A DNA stretch of 64,000 nucleotides from Minisyncoccota bacterium (GCA_035620375.1 DASPGX010000028.1:2974-66973); one strand, 5' to 3'. Shown: positions 11,542 through 21,046, counted from the stretch's first letter. Notes: generated by a model from the letters alone, not told the origin. Numbers and translations: made by a program.

Positions 11542-11558
11542 GATTGGCTATATCAAAT
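11542..11558 (+). other. 16S trailer half of the processing stem (pairs with 9822..9838)
   Basis: See the 9822 entry. A 17-bp perfect complement, extended by a further ccttg/caagg. Confidence 0.6.
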
Positions 11559-11587
11559 ATGCAAGGCCCTTCCTGCCGTAAGGCAGA

Positions 11588-11617
11588 CACAACACCCGCC
11601 GTATGGCGGGTGTTGTG
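11588..11617 (+). terminator. Hairpin closing the 16S transcription unit
   Basis: cacaacacccgcc-gtat-ggcgggtgttgtg is a 13-bp stem. No 23S follows it. Confidence 0.45.
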
Positions 11618-11629
11618 GTAAAATAAGGC

Positions 11630-11893
11630 ATGCAGCCGGAACTGCCGACGTATCTTCCGGACATCGGGGCGGCCGGCCTGGGCCTGCCTCTGCGGCTTTC
11701 GGCTTCCTCCGAACTTATCGTGCTCGCATTCGCCCTTACGGTCGTATTCTGGGGGGTCATGGCGGCCATTTTCATATACCATTGGCGGCGGTTCCCGTTT
11801 GACCGCGAGCGTCTCGTGTTCGGTGAGCGCCTGTTCTTCTCGGTGTCGGCCGCCGCGATACTCGTCGCGCTCGGCGGCGTGCTCACGCTGTAG
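11630..11893 (+). CDS. Small membrane protein (YdbS-partner-like)
   Basis: Two hydrophobic helices. Its stop abuts the start of the next PH-domain gene. Confidence 0.4.
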   Translation: MQPELPTYLPDIGAAGLGLPLRLSASSELIVLAFALTVVFWGVMAAIFIYHWRRFPFDRERLVFGERLFFSVSAAAILVALGGVLTL

Positions 11894-11895
11894 CC

Positions 11896-12414
11896 ATGTA
11901 TATACCCCTTGAACAAGGCGAGCGCGTCGTCATAAAAGTTCACCGGCACTGGTTCTTTCTGGCCACTCACGCGCTGCTTATCGTGCTGGTTCTTGTGCTC
12001 CCGTTCGCGGCGTACCGTTCGCTTATCGCGTACGGCGCGCTGGCTCCCGGGGGCGTTTCCGCCGGGGCGGCGTGGACCCTCGGTGCGCTGTGGTTCCTCG
12101 TCGGGTGGACGTTGTATTTCAAATTCTGGACCCTGTATTGGCTGGACATCTGGGTTGTCACGGACCGGCGGCTTATAGATATTGATTACCGGCACCTCTT
12201 TGACCGGGACATCGCCATCCTGCGTCTGGATAAGATTCAGGACGTGCAGGTCCGCGTGACGGGGGTTCTCGGAAATCTCCTGAAGTTCGGCGCGGTTTCG
12301 GTTCAGACCGCGGGGGAGTCGCGGGAGTTCGTCATTGACCAGATTGCCGAGCCCGAGGCGCTCCGTGACGCAATCGTGAAGGGGTCCGGCGCATCATCGC
12401 GGGTATCGGGATAG
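11896..12414 (+). CDS. Bacterial PH-domain (bPH_2 / YdbS-YdbT-like) membrane protein
   Basis: Two N-terminal TM helices, then the DRRLIDIDYRHLFDRDIAILRLDKIQDVQV... fold typical of DUF304/bPH_2. Confidence 0.55.
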   Translation: MYIPLEQGERVVIKVHRHWFFLATHALLIVLVLVLPFAAYRSLIAYGALAPGGVSAGAAWTLGALWFLVGWTLYFKFWTLYWLDIWVVTDRRLIDIDYRHLFDRDIAILRLDKIQDVQVRVTGVLGNLLKFGAVSVQTAGESREFVIDQIAEPEALRDAIVKGSGASSRVSG

Positions 12415-12457
12415 AAAAAAAGCGGCCGCCATGGGGCGACCGCCTCGCGTCTCACCT

Positions 12458-13591
12458 TCAGCCGAGGTCAGCACGGATGTTTATCCAGCGTCCGACCTCT
12501 GTCAGGTACTCTTTCCGCCGGTCGGCATTCAGTGCCTTCTCGGGCGTCAGAACGCCGTTCAGGGTTCTGCCCTGCGCCTGCATGCGGGCGAGTGCTGCGG
12601 CGGAAAATCCGGTCGTCCGTTCCATGGCCGAGAGACCTGATCTCGGGTCAAAGCGGTCCAGGAGACGGTAGGAGAGGTATTCGCCGGAAAGCGTCTCCGC
12701 GGTAACCCGCATGAACGCCACGTCAGGATGTGCGTGGTCGGTGCGGGGCAGACGTTCGATGACCTCGCGGAACTGTTCGCGTGAGAGGCCCTGGAACGTG
12801 TCCACGAATCCGGGCCAACGCAGCGTAAGCTCGTCAAACCGGTAGACGCCCTGCGCTGCGAAGTTCCACGGTGCCACTGACGCTCCCGATGAGGAGAACG
12901 CCTCCACCGACATGAACTGCGGACAGACGTCGGTCAGTTCCTGCAGCGGAAACCGGTGGATGACGTCAAACGGATTGATTTCCACGACCTTCCGGTCGCG
13001 CACGACCGGCGCGGGGTCGTAGCACATGTGCTCCAGACCCTCCGCCGAGTAAATGAGCTGGTAGTTGGACGGTTCCTCCGGCTTCTGCGGCAGGCCGCCG
13101 GCGGCGATGACGACCTTCTTCGCTGCCGTGGTGTTCAGGCGGTCCAGAAGGTCCTGCGCCATGACGACGCCCAGTCCGGGCATCAAACCGCAATCCGGAA
13201 TGATGGAGACCCCGAATCCCTCCGCCAGAGCATGCATGCCGAGCATGTCACGCGTTACCGGAACGACGCCGCCGAGTTCGCAAAAGTGCCTGCCGCATTC
13301 CATGGCATTTTGCGCAAGCCACATGCTGTACTTTGCCGGCAGCGCGCTGATGATGACGTCGTGCGGCCCAAACACGTCGTGCAGATTGCCCTGCTCCACG
13401 TTGAGCGCGCGGGCCCGTACGGATACCCGCCGGTGCTCCTTGCCGGGCCGGATGTCGTCGGCCACGCTGAACGCCCGCTCTTCGGAGATGTCCGTGAGCA
13501 TGACGTGCTCCGTGTCTTCCTGGCGGGCGAGCCACCACGCGATGGCCTTGCCGACGCCGGTTCCCAGGACCAGGTAGCGGTATTTCCCCAT
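12458..13591 (-). CDS. Saccharopine dehydrogenase family NAD(P)-binding protein (carboxynorspermidine/homospermidine/saccharopine DH-like)
   Basis: N-terminal Rossmann loop MGKYRYLVLGTGVGKAIA and length consistent with the family. AAGGAG RBS 7 nt upstream of this ATG. The ORF-track start at 13693 is an upstream extension. Confidence 0.6.
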   Translation of the reverse strand: MGKYRYLVLGTGVGKAIAWWLARQEDTEHVMLTDISEERAFSVADDIRPGKEHRRVSVRARALNVEQGNLHDVFGPHDVIISALPAKYSMWLAQNAMECGRHFCELGGVVPVTRDMLGMHALAEGFGVSIIPDCGLMPGLGVVMAQDLLDRLNTTAAKKVVIAAGGLPQKPEEPSNYQLIYSAEGLEHMCYDPAPVVRDRKVVEINPFDVIHRFPLQELTDVCPQFMSVEAFSSSGASVAPWNFAAQGVYRFDELTLRWPGFVDTFQGLSREQFREVIERLPRTDHAHPDVAFMRVTAETLSGEYLSYRLLDRFDPRSGLSAMERTTGFSAAALARMQAQGRTLNGVLTPEKALNADRRKEYLTEVGRWINIRADLG

Positions 13592-13752
13592 GACGGAACT
13601 CCTTGGATTTGAATGGACCTGTCCTGCCGACAGGCGGACGGGAACACTATGCCAAAGCGTCCGATAAAGGGCAACGATACGCCACGCTGTCAATTGTGCT
13701 GTATGTTCATGCGTGATAGGGAAAGGTGTTCCTCACATCATAGGAGGTAGTG

Positions 13753-14733
13753 ATGGCAACGGTAAATCGCGAGCAGGTCAGCCGTGTGGCGGCCTATCTG
13801 AAGGCAAACCCACCCGAGGGTTCCGGCCTGAATTTCTACAGTGTGCAGACGCCCAAGGGCGAGCTTGTTCTGGACCGGATGTACCCGCCGGTGAACCATC
13901 CGCATGCCGTCGACTTCTTTTTCCTGGCGTGCCTGCACCAGTACGGGTTCTGGTGGGGAGATTCCCGGGGTTACCGTGAGCCGATGTACGGGAATCTCGG
14001 CGAAAAGCGCCTGAAGGGCTCGGATCTTCTGTGGGGCCTATTCCTACGGGCTTTGGATTCCGAAGAGCTCTGGGACCCGAAGTACCTTGCGGATATTACC
14101 CCGCGCCAGCTGGCCGATGTCATGTCCGACGACGAGGCGACACCATGGCCGAATTTTGAGGAGCGGGTGCATCTCACTCAGCGCTACGGTCGGTGGCTCG
14201 CGAGCCGCAACCTGAACCCGCTGAACATCGTGGCCCAGGCGAACAGCACCAATAGCCCGCTTCGGGGCTTCCGTCTTATCATGGACATGGACCGTGGCCT
14301 GAACCCGTGGGCGGACGACCGGCTGGAGAAGAAGCAGCTTCTTCTGGCGATGGCGTTGGCCAACCGTCCCGAGCGGTTCCTCAAGGTTGCGCCCGGCGAG
14401 GAATGGCCGCCTATCGTGGACTACCACCTCATGCGGGTGTGTCTGCGTCTGGGATTCGTGGACATCGGCTCCGCGAACATCGCCCGGAACACTGAGCGGC
14501 TCTGGGCATCGGCCGAAGAGGAGCAAGCGATACGTGTGGGGACCCGTGATGCCGTAGAGCAACTCATCCGGGAATCGGGCCTGACGATGGCCCAGGTGGA
14601 CGAAACGCTCTGGATGGCGCGCAAGTACTGTCCGGAGACGGAGAGTCCCGACTGCGACAAGTGTCTGTTCGGTTCGGTCTGTCCCCGATGGACCGGGCTC
14701 TTCCAGCCGGTCATCCGCACGACGGCCTACTGA
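13753..14733 (+). CDS. HhH-GPD-like glycosylase superfamily protein with EndoIII-type [4Fe-4S] cluster loop (C-x6-C-x2-C-x5-C)
   Basis: C-terminus CPETESPDCDKCLFGSVCP carries the four-Cys spacing of the EndoIII/MutY FCL motif. AGGAGG RBS 5 nt upstream of the ATG at 13753. Confidence 0.45.
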   Translation: MATVNREQVSRVAAYLKANPPEGSGLNFYSVQTPKGELVLDRMYPPVNHPHAVDFFFLACLHQYGFWWGDSRGYREPMYGNLGEKRLKGSDLLWGLFLRALDSEELWDPKYLADITPRQLADVMSDDEATPWPNFEERVHLTQRYGRWLASRNLNPLNIVAQANSTNSPLRGFRLIMDMDRGLNPWADDRLEKKQLLLAMALANRPERFLKVAPGEEWPPIVDYHLMRVCLRLGFVDIGSANIARNTERLWASAEEEQAIRVGTRDAVEQLIRESGLTMAQVDETLWMARKYCPETESPDCDKCLFGSVCPRWTGLFQPVIRTTAY

Positions 14734-14739
14734 CGGCAA

Positions 14740-14772
14740 CGCCCTCCGCATTTCGCGGAGGGCGTCTTCGTT
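14740..14772 (+). terminator. Rho-independent terminator
   Basis: cgccctccgc-atttc-gcggagggcg followed by tcttcgttt. Confidence 0.5.
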
Positions 14773-14823
14773 TCAACGGCTCACGTCTCGGCGAGGGTCC
14801 CGTGAGGGTCGCCCCGAGGGGCT

Positions 14824-14870
14824 CCCAAATAAATCAACGGCTCATCTCATGAGCCGTTGATTTATTTGGG
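14824..14870. repeat. Intergenic palindromic element copy 2 (core AACGGCTCAT-ctc-ATGAGCCGTT)
   Basis: cccaaataaatcaacggctcat-ctc-atgagccgttgatttatttggg has perfect 22-bp arms and lies between convergent genes. Confidence 0.6.
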
Positions 14871-14921
14871 ATACGGGTGGCGACCCCACTTGGGTCGCTG
14901 TCGAGCCGTTGAACGGGTGGG

Positions 14922-15665
14922 CTACTTAATCTGCCATGTCAGCGTTACGTTCACGCTGATTTCGTTTTCGCCCACGGGAATCTCCGGCAGGGGGGCGGTT
15001 CCGCCGCCGATATCCATGGCATCAGACTCCAAGGCGCGGAACATCACCGGATATCCGCCGGTGTCCTCGCCGAAATTGATGATGCGGCCCAGACGGATGC
15101 CCAGCTGACGCTCGAGCGCCTTTGCCTTGTCCTTGGCGTCGGCGATTGCCAGCGCCCGTGCTTCCTCGCGGAGCTTATCCGGGTCGTCGATGGTCAGCTG
15201 CAGATTGTTCACCTGGTTCGCCCCGGCACCGACCACGCCGTCCAGAATGACGTCGGTTTCCTCAAGGTTGCGGATTTTCACCTCAATGCTCTGGTTCACC
15301 TGGTATCCGGTGATGACGGGCTGGCCGCCCCGCGGATACGTATACTGCGGGTAGATGTTGTATCCGGACGTTTTGATGTCGCGCTCTTCAATGCCCCGGT
15401 CACGGAGAAACTTCACGACCGCCTCGGACCTGCGGCTGTTCTCATTCTGGGCTGATTCCGAGTTAGCCGCTTCCGTCACGATGGACAGGCTGACGACGGC
15501 CACGTCGGGAGCGGCGTTCACCGTTCCCGTCCCGGAGAACGAGACAGTGTTCGTCGTGGTCGCCGTGTTCAGCGTCCGGCTCGTCAGGACCCCGAGGAAC
15601 AGCACCCCGACAACCGAAAGGGCGATGACCGTCCATCCGAGAATCTTCTTCTGCAGTGGTTCCAT
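14922..15665 (-). CDS. SIMPL-domain (DUF541 / BP26-like) secreted protein
   Basis: Signal anchor followed by the GYQVNQSIEVKIRNLEE...ARALAIADAKDKAKALERQLG... SIMPL pattern. Confidence 0.65.
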   Translation of the reverse strand: MEPLQKKILGWTVIALSVVGVLFLGVLTSRTLNTATTTNTVSFSGTGTVNAAPDVAVVSLSIVTEAANSESAQNENSRRSEAVVKFLRDRGIEERDIKTSGYNIYPQYTYPRGGQPVITGYQVNQSIEVKIRNLEETDVILDGVVGAGANQVNNLQLTIDDPDKLREEARALAIADAKDKAKALERQLGIRLGRIINFGEDTGGYPVMFRALESDAMDIGGGTAPLPEIPVGENEISVNVTLTWQIK

Positions 15666-15721
15666 TGCGAAATTGGTTATGATGTCCTAATACGAGGACT
15701 ATCGTAGCAAAACGTCGGCCC

Positions 15722-16351
15722 GTGAGAATACCCCACAAGACATTGGAACGCAGCCTGCTGAGCGGGGGTTACCGCTCGGTCATCGGCGTGGATGAGGTCG
15801 GCATGGCGTGTCTTGCCGGTCCGGTGACCGTTTGCGCGGTCATGCTGGGCCCGGAGTTTTTCCGGAGCCGCCACGACGGCCTCCGGGGACTGCGCGACTC
15901 AAAGCTGCTCAGGCCGCATCAGCGCGAGGCCTATGCCGCCGAGCTGAAGCGGGAGCCGTCATTGCGGTTCTGTATCGCAAGCGCCATGCCCCGCACGATA
16001 GACCGGCTGAACATCTTCTGGGCCGCCCGTCTGGCGATGCGCCGCGCCGTCCGCCGGCTCGCCGGGCCGGACGACGGGTGCATGGTGCTGGTGGACGGCA
16101 ATCTTCCGGTCCGGGGACTGGGGATGGAGCAGCTGCCGGTCGTGAAAGGGGACCGGAAAGTCTTCACCATCGCATGCGCGTCCGTCATCGCCAAGGTTCA
16201 CCGTGACGGACTGATGACCCGCTACGCCCGCCGGTATCCCGGATACGGATTTGAGGTGCATAAAGGGTATCCGACGCGCATGCACCGTGAACGGCTTGCG
16301 GCGCTCGGCGCGACGGAATTGCATCGCAGGACATTTAGTGGTATAATATAA
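15722..16351 (+). CDS. rnhB: Ribonuclease HII
   Basis: VIGVDEVGMACLAGPV DE(A/V)G active-site block, later D and RYPGYG/HKGYPT motifs. Confidence 0.85.
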   Translation: MRIPHKTLERSLLSGGYRSVIGVDEVGMACLAGPVTVCAVMLGPEFFRSRHDGLRGLRDSKLLRPHQREAYAAELKREPSLRFCIASAMPRTIDRLNIFWAARLAMRRAVRRLAGPDDGCMVLVDGNLPVRGLGMEQLPVVKGDRKVFTIACASVIAKVHRDGLMTRYARRYPGYGFEVHKGYPTRMHRERLAALGATELHRRTFSGII

Positions 16352-16381
16352 AATCGTTCATCAACAGCGGAGGGTCTCGGG

Positions 16382-17170
16382 ATGCAGACGTTCGCATGGT
16401 TCTGCGTCATCATGGCGCTTGTGCTCCTGTACGGCATGCGCATCAGGAGCGTCATCGGGTACGTCCGTTCGCCGCTCATGCACTGGTATGTCGGCGCGAC
16501 GCTCGGCGTTGGCCTGTTCCTGGGCGCGGTTCTGACCGCCAAGCTCGGACTGAGCATGCCGCGTGACGCGGCGGTCGCCCTCCACGGCGTCGTGATGTTC
16601 GTCGGGGCATGGCTGGGTTTGCGCTACTGGAGCGTATGGCGGCCGTGGGACGTTCCCGCGGCGGTACTTGCGCTGGTACTGGTGGCGTTCTACTTCACCG
16701 ACCCCCGGACGTACAACAACATCATGTTCGGCGCGGTGACGCTCGGCTGTGCGGTGGGCGGATACTACGTGACCAAGCGCTGGCTGGTCGCGTTCTCGCT
16801 CGTCATGGCCTGCTTCGACGGCTATGCCGTGTGGGGTTCGGACATCATGGAGCAGCTCATTGAGCAGAAGCCCGGTCCGTTTCCGACCGAACTGCTCGTG
16901 GCGAGCTTCTTCCCGCGCCACTTTTCCATCGGGGTCATGGACGCGCTCCTTGCGGCCATGATTATCGTCGGATTGGTGCATCACCGCGGTATCGGCAGGG
17001 CGGCAATGTTCGCACTCGCCTACGCCGGCTCTATCTTCGCCGTGGGCGTCATCGCCCTGCGTTTGGCGAACATGGGGAACACGCTGTTCGCCCATGTGCC
17101 GATGCTCGTCATCCTCGCGCCGCTGGCATGCGGCTTCCTCCTTCTCAGCCCTCGGGGCCAGGCGCCCTGA
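16382..17170 (+). CDS. Polytopic membrane protein, presenilin/signal-peptide-peptidase-like (FDGYAVWG and G-x-x-D motifs), paralogue 1
   Basis: At least 7 predicted TM helices. ACFDGYAVWGSDIM and SIGVMDALLAAMI align with the FDGFAVWGSDLM and GIGAGDVLFAAIA motifs of the neighbouring paralogue. Confidence 0.45.
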   Translation: MQTFAWFCVIMALVLLYGMRIRSVIGYVRSPLMHWYVGATLGVGLFLGAVLTAKLGLSMPRDAAVALHGVVMFVGAWLGLRYWSVWRPWDVPAAVLALVLVAFYFTDPRTYNNIMFGAVTLGCAVGGYYVTKRWLVAFSLVMACFDGYAVWGSDIMEQLIEQKPGPFPTELLVASFFPRHFSIGVMDALLAAMIIVGLVHHRGIGRAAMFALAYAGSIFAVGVIALRLANMGNTLFAHVPMLVILAPLACGFLLLSPRGQAP

Positions 17171-17238
17171 GGGCGCTTTCTTTTTTCGGAAACGGAGGCT
17201 ATCATCCCGAAAGCGTCTTAAATCCATAGGGAGGCCGG

Positions 17239-18144
17239 GTGTACCCCATTATCTGGTTCGCACTGGTGACGGCGTTGGCCGTCGCATACGCTGTGCGGGC
17301 CGACACAACGTGGGGTCCGCAAAAGCGTTTCTACATCGAATGGCCCCACGCCGTCGCCATCGCGCTGGCAGTCATCGTCGCCGGTCTGCTTATCGGCCGC
17401 GGCGTGCCTGAGGCGGTTACGCCCCAGCCGGCCGTGAAGCCGGCCACGACGACCGCTCCCGCCGTACCCCCGCCGGTTTCGGTGCCTGCGCCCGGCCACG
17501 CGCCCGGAAAGACCCCGACGCCGGCGACGCACGACGCGAAGCCCGGGCCGGCCATACCGCCCGAGGCATTCGTGGCATTCCATGCCGTCGGCATTGCCTA
17601 TGCGGCCTTTGCCGGACTCGTGCTCTGGCGGCGTGAAAATTGGTCTCCGTACGCTGCGGCATTCGCCGCCATGGCCGTTACGGTCGCTTACTTCACCTGG
17701 TCCGGCGTCCATGAAGTCGGCAATACCGTGCTTCTGTTGGTCGCGCTGGGATTCTCGTTGCTTGGCCGGACGGCCACGCAGAAAGGGTTCATCGTCGCAT
17801 ACATCCTACTGATGCTGTTCGACGGTTTCGCGGTCTGGGGCTCGGATCTCATGAACCGCATCGCGTTGCACTACCCCGAGGCGTTCCCGAAGTTTCTGCG
17901 GATGGCGGGTTACGGCGGCCTGGCAACGGGCATCGGCGCGGGTGATGTGCTGTTCGCGGCAATCGCGTGCAACCACATTCATCAGCACCGGGGCTTTCGG
18001 AGAGCCGTATTTTTCGCCGTCGCGTGCACGGTCGGCGTCCTCGTCGGCATCCTGATGCCGGGGCAGACGCCGTTGCTTATCTTCGTGACCCCCGTGGCGA
18101 TTGCCGCCCTGCTCATCCCGCAAGGCTGGCTGCGCATCGACTAA
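17239..18144 (+). CDS. Polytopic membrane protein, presenilin/SPP-like (FD ... GxGD), paralogue 2, with Pro/Ala-rich extracytoplasmic linker
   Basis: LLMLFDGFAVWGSDLM and GGLATGIGAGDVLFAAIA (GxGD). The 60-aa P/A/T-rich segment is absent from paralogue 1. Confidence 0.45.
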   Translation: MYPIIWFALVTALAVAYAVRADTTWGPQKRFYIEWPHAVAIALAVIVAGLLIGRGVPEAVTPQPAVKPATTTAPAVPPPVSVPAPGHAPGKTPTPATHDAKPGPAIPPEAFVAFHAVGIAYAAFAGLVLWRRENWSPYAAAFAAMAVTVAYFTWSGVHEVGNTVLLLVALGFSLLGRTATQKGFIVAYILLMLFDGFAVWGSDLMNRIALHYPEAFPKFLRMAGYGGLATGIGAGDVLFAAIACNHIHQHRGFRRAVFFAVACTVGVLVGILMPGQTPLLIFVTPVAIAALLIPQGWLRID

Positions 18145-18195
18145 GTATCAACATGCTCAATCGGTGCGCATTTTGTTTGGTATAATGGACGTACC

Positions 18196-19230
18196 ATGGC
18201 CACCAATATTGCAATCAACGGTTTCGGGCGTATCGGACGGGCGTTTTTCAAGCTGGCGCTGACGAAGCCGGAGCTGAATATCGTGGCCATCAATGACCTC
18301 GGCGACCCCGAGAACCTCGCGTATCTCCTCAAGTTTGATTCCGCGTACGGCCGTTACGGCCACGAGGTCTCGGTAAAGGAGGCCGAAGGGTCCAAATACC
18401 TGGTGGTCGGAGGGCAATCGTTCCTGTTCATTCAGGAGAAAGAACTGGCGAAGCTTCCCTGGAAGGATTTGGGCGTGGATGTTGTCGTGGAGGCGACTGG
18501 CGTGTTCACGAAATACGAACAGGTGCAGTCCCATGTGGATGCGGGCGCAAAGCGCGTCGTGCTGACCGCCCCGGCAAAGGACGAGGACGGCCCGGACGCC
18601 AAGACGGTGCTCATGGGCATCAACGCCGAGGAGCTGAAGACGTGCACGCTGTCATCCAACGGCTCGTGCACCACGAATTCGGCATCACCGGTGCTGCAGA
18701 TTCTTACCGAGACCGTCGGGGTGGAAAAGGCATTTTTGAACACGACGCACGGTTATACGGCGACGCAGGCGCTCATCGACGGGCCGACCAAGGGCAAGGA
18801 CTACCGCAAAGGGCGCGCAGCTGCGGCGAACATCATCCCTGCGACGACCGGCTCCGCCATTGCGGTCGGCCGTGCGGTCCATGCGGTAACGGGCAAGTTT
18901 GACGGTATCGCGATGCGGGTGCCCGTCCTGACCGGCTCGCTGTCCGCCATCGTTTTCGTTTCTTCAAAGAAAACGAATGCGGAGGAAATCAACGAGATTC
19001 TGCGCAAAGCGGCCGTGGAGTCCCGCTGGGCCGGTATCTTCAGGGCGTCCGACGAGCAGCTGGTATCCAGCGATATCGTCGGGGACCCCTATGCCGCTAT
19101 CGCCGACCTGACGCTGACGACGGTCGTGGATGGTAACCTGTGCGCCGTATACTCCTGGTATGACAACGAATTCGGATACACGAACTCGTTGGTCATGCAC
19201 GTGTTGGAGGTGGCGAAAGCCCTTGCATAG
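18196..19230 (+). CDS. gap: Glyceraldehyde-3-phosphate dehydrogenase
   Basis: NGFGRIGR NAD loop and S-C-T-T-N catalytic block (SSNGSCTTNSASP). Confidence 0.95.
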   Translation: MATNIAINGFGRIGRAFFKLALTKPELNIVAINDLGDPENLAYLLKFDSAYGRYGHEVSVKEAEGSKYLVVGGQSFLFIQEKELAKLPWKDLGVDVVVEATGVFTKYEQVQSHVDAGAKRVVLTAPAKDEDGPDAKTVLMGINAEELKTCTLSSNGSCTTNSASPVLQILTETVGVEKAFLNTTHGYTATQALIDGPTKGKDYRKGRAAAANIIPATTGSAIAVGRAVHAVTGKFDGIAMRVPVLTGSLSAIVFVSSKKTNAEEINEILRKAAVESRWAGIFRASDEQLVSSDIVGDPYAAIADLTLTTVVDGNLCAVYSWYDNEFGYTNSLVMHVLEVAKALA

Positions 19231-20093
19231 TGAGCGAATATATCTCCGAAAAGAAGATAAAGGAGCTGGAGAAGAAGGCCAACGATATCCGGCAGGATAT
19301 CGTGAGTATGCTTGTGGAGGCCGGCTCCGGCCATACGGCGGGTCCGCTTGGTCTGGCGGACATCTATACGGCGTTCTATTTTCACATCCTTAACCACGAC
19401 CCCAAGCGGCCCGACTGGGAGGAGCGTGACCGGTTTATTGTATCCAACGGGCATACGTGCCCCGTCTGGTACGCGACCCTGGCGCACGCGGGGTACTTTC
19501 CGAAAGAGGAACTGAAGACGTTGCGGAAACTGGGTACGCGTCTGCAGGGCCATCCCGAGCGCGGCCATCTTCCCGGCATTGAGAACACCTCGGGTCCTCT
19601 GGGCCAGGGATTGGGTCAGGCAGCCGGCATGGCGTATGCGGCGCGCATGGATGCGCGGAAGTTCCGCGTCTACTGTCAGATGTCCGACGGAGAGCAGGAA
19701 TCGGGCGTGCTCTGGGAGTCGGCGATGTTCGCGGGCAAAAACAAGCTCAACAACCTGACCGCGTTCATTGACCGCAATAACATCCAGATCGACGGGATGA
19801 CGGAGGACATCATGCCCCTGGAGCCTCTCCGGGACAAATGGGAGGCGTTCAACTGGAACGTGCTGGAGGTGGACGGGCACAACATTGAAGCGTTCGTGGA
19901 CGCGGTGCAGGAGGCTAAGGCGACGTACGAGAAACCGACCGTCATCATCGCGCATACGATACCCGGTAAGGGCATCAAGGAGATTGAATTTGACTACAAA
20001 TGGCATGGGATTCCCCCCAAGCCCGACCAGGCCAAGGCGTTTCTGCAGGAACTGCGGACGTTGGGCGGAAAGATTACGAGCGAGCATGAATGA
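19230..20093 (+). CDS. Transketolase, N-terminal (TPP-binding) subunit of a split enzyme
   Basis: GSGHTAGPLGLADIYTAFYF...GHTCP...LGQGLGQAAG TPP motifs. GTG start overlaps the gap stop (TAGTG). Confidence 0.9.
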   Translation: MSEYISEKKIKELEKKANDIRQDIVSMLVEAGSGHTAGPLGLADIYTAFYFHILNHDPKRPDWEERDRFIVSNGHTCPVWYATLAHAGYFPKEELKTLRKLGTRLQGHPERGHLPGIENTSGPLGQGLGQAAGMAYAARMDARKFRVYCQMSDGEQESGVLWESAMFAGKNKLNNLTAFIDRNNIQIDGMTEDIMPLEPLRDKWEAFNWNVLEVDGHNIEAFVDAVQEAKATYEKPTVIIAHTIPGKGIKEIEFDYKWHGIPPKPDQAKAFLQELRTLGGKITSEHE

Positions 20094-20241
20094 CCTGTAC
20101 GGCATGGAACAGCACCAGACTTCAGCGGTCAGGCCCGTTCACGGTATGGGCCGGCGCATGGTTTTGTGGACGATTATCGTGGTGACCGTCGGCGCCATCC
20201 TGATACTATTGTCCGGAGGGCGGGTTTTCTGAAACCGGATC

Positions 20242-20673
20242 ATGCTACGCGATATCACAATGATAATCTCGGTCATGGTGTCCATCGGCTCCATCGGTTT
20301 CGGGTTCTACAAGAATATCGAGGCATCCAACAACCGTGCGTTCATCTACGAACAGGCGTACCGCATTGTGGGACAGATTAATGACGCTCCCATTTCCGAA
20401 CAGGCGAAAACGCAGCTGACGACGGATGCGCTTTCCGGATTGTCCGCACCGCCGCCGGTCATCGACCTGTCGCAGTCCAGCGCCGATGTCGGCGACGACG
20501 GCGTCTGCACGCCCAACGAGGAGTCGTTCTGTACGCAACTGGCGGACCGGCTGGGACGGGAGAACGTCGCCTGTGCGCGCGGCAATGAGCCGACCGGACC
20601 CGTCTGTGCGCAGGCGGCACGGACGAGGACTGAGATACTTCAGGAGGGCTGTTTTCTCTGCTTTGCGCCATGA
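20242..20673 (+). CDS. Small membrane-anchored Cys-rich protein, paralogue A (inserted between the transketolase halves)
   Basis: N-terminal TM, shared SGL(S/P)APPPV(I/L)(D/G)(L/I)(D/S)FS block, then a C-terminal Cys cluster. Its stop overlaps paralogue B's start. Confidence 0.45.
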   Translation: MLRDITMIISVMVSIGSIGFGFYKNIEASNNRAFIYEQAYRIVGQINDAPISEQAKTQLTTDALSGLSAPPPVIDLSQSSADVGDDGVCTPNEESFCTQLADRLGRENVACARGNEPTGPVCAQAARTRTEILQEGCFLCFAP

Positions 20674-21044
20674 ACGTACGTCTTGCATTCCCGGTGACCA
20701 TGTTCGTCCTCGCGGGCGTATCGTTCGGCTACGGCGCCTGGCAGCATCTCGCGGCGCGGAGCGCGCGTGCGGCGGACGCGAGCCGGTTGGCGTACATCCT
20801 GCAGACGATTGAGCATTCCGACCTGTCCCGTGCGGGCAAGCAGGATTTGTACGTTTCCATCGCATCGGGCCTGCCGTCGGCGCCTCCGGTTCTGGGTATA
20901 GATTTTTCCGGCTCATTCGCGGCCCTTCCGGGAGGAGATTCGTGCGTGAGCGACGGCCAGCGTGCGTTGTGCCGTGCGCTGATTACCACCGGAGCCGATG
21001 ACGCAACGCGCGGTGCGGTATGCGGCGGGTGCAGCCCCGAATAG
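20670..21044 (+). CDS. Small membrane-anchored Cys-rich protein, paralogue B
   Basis: Same architecture as 20242..20673. Stop TAG is 2 nt before the start of the transketolase C-subunit. Confidence 0.45.
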   Translation: MNVRLAFPVTMFVLAGVSFGYGAWQHLAARSARAADASRLAYILQTIEHSDLSRAGKQDLYVSIASGLPSAPPVLGIDFSGSFAALPGGDSCVSDGQRALCRALITTGADDATRGAVCGGCSPE

Positions 21045-21046
21045 AC

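Noticed and set aside
20146-20232. 28-aa TM mini-ORF (MGRRMVLWTIIVVTVGAILILLSGGRVF) after the transketolase N-subunit
   Set aside because: It is in frame with a longer spurious upstream reading frame and has no RBS or conservation evidence. It is mentioned in the split-transketolase finding but not called as a feature.
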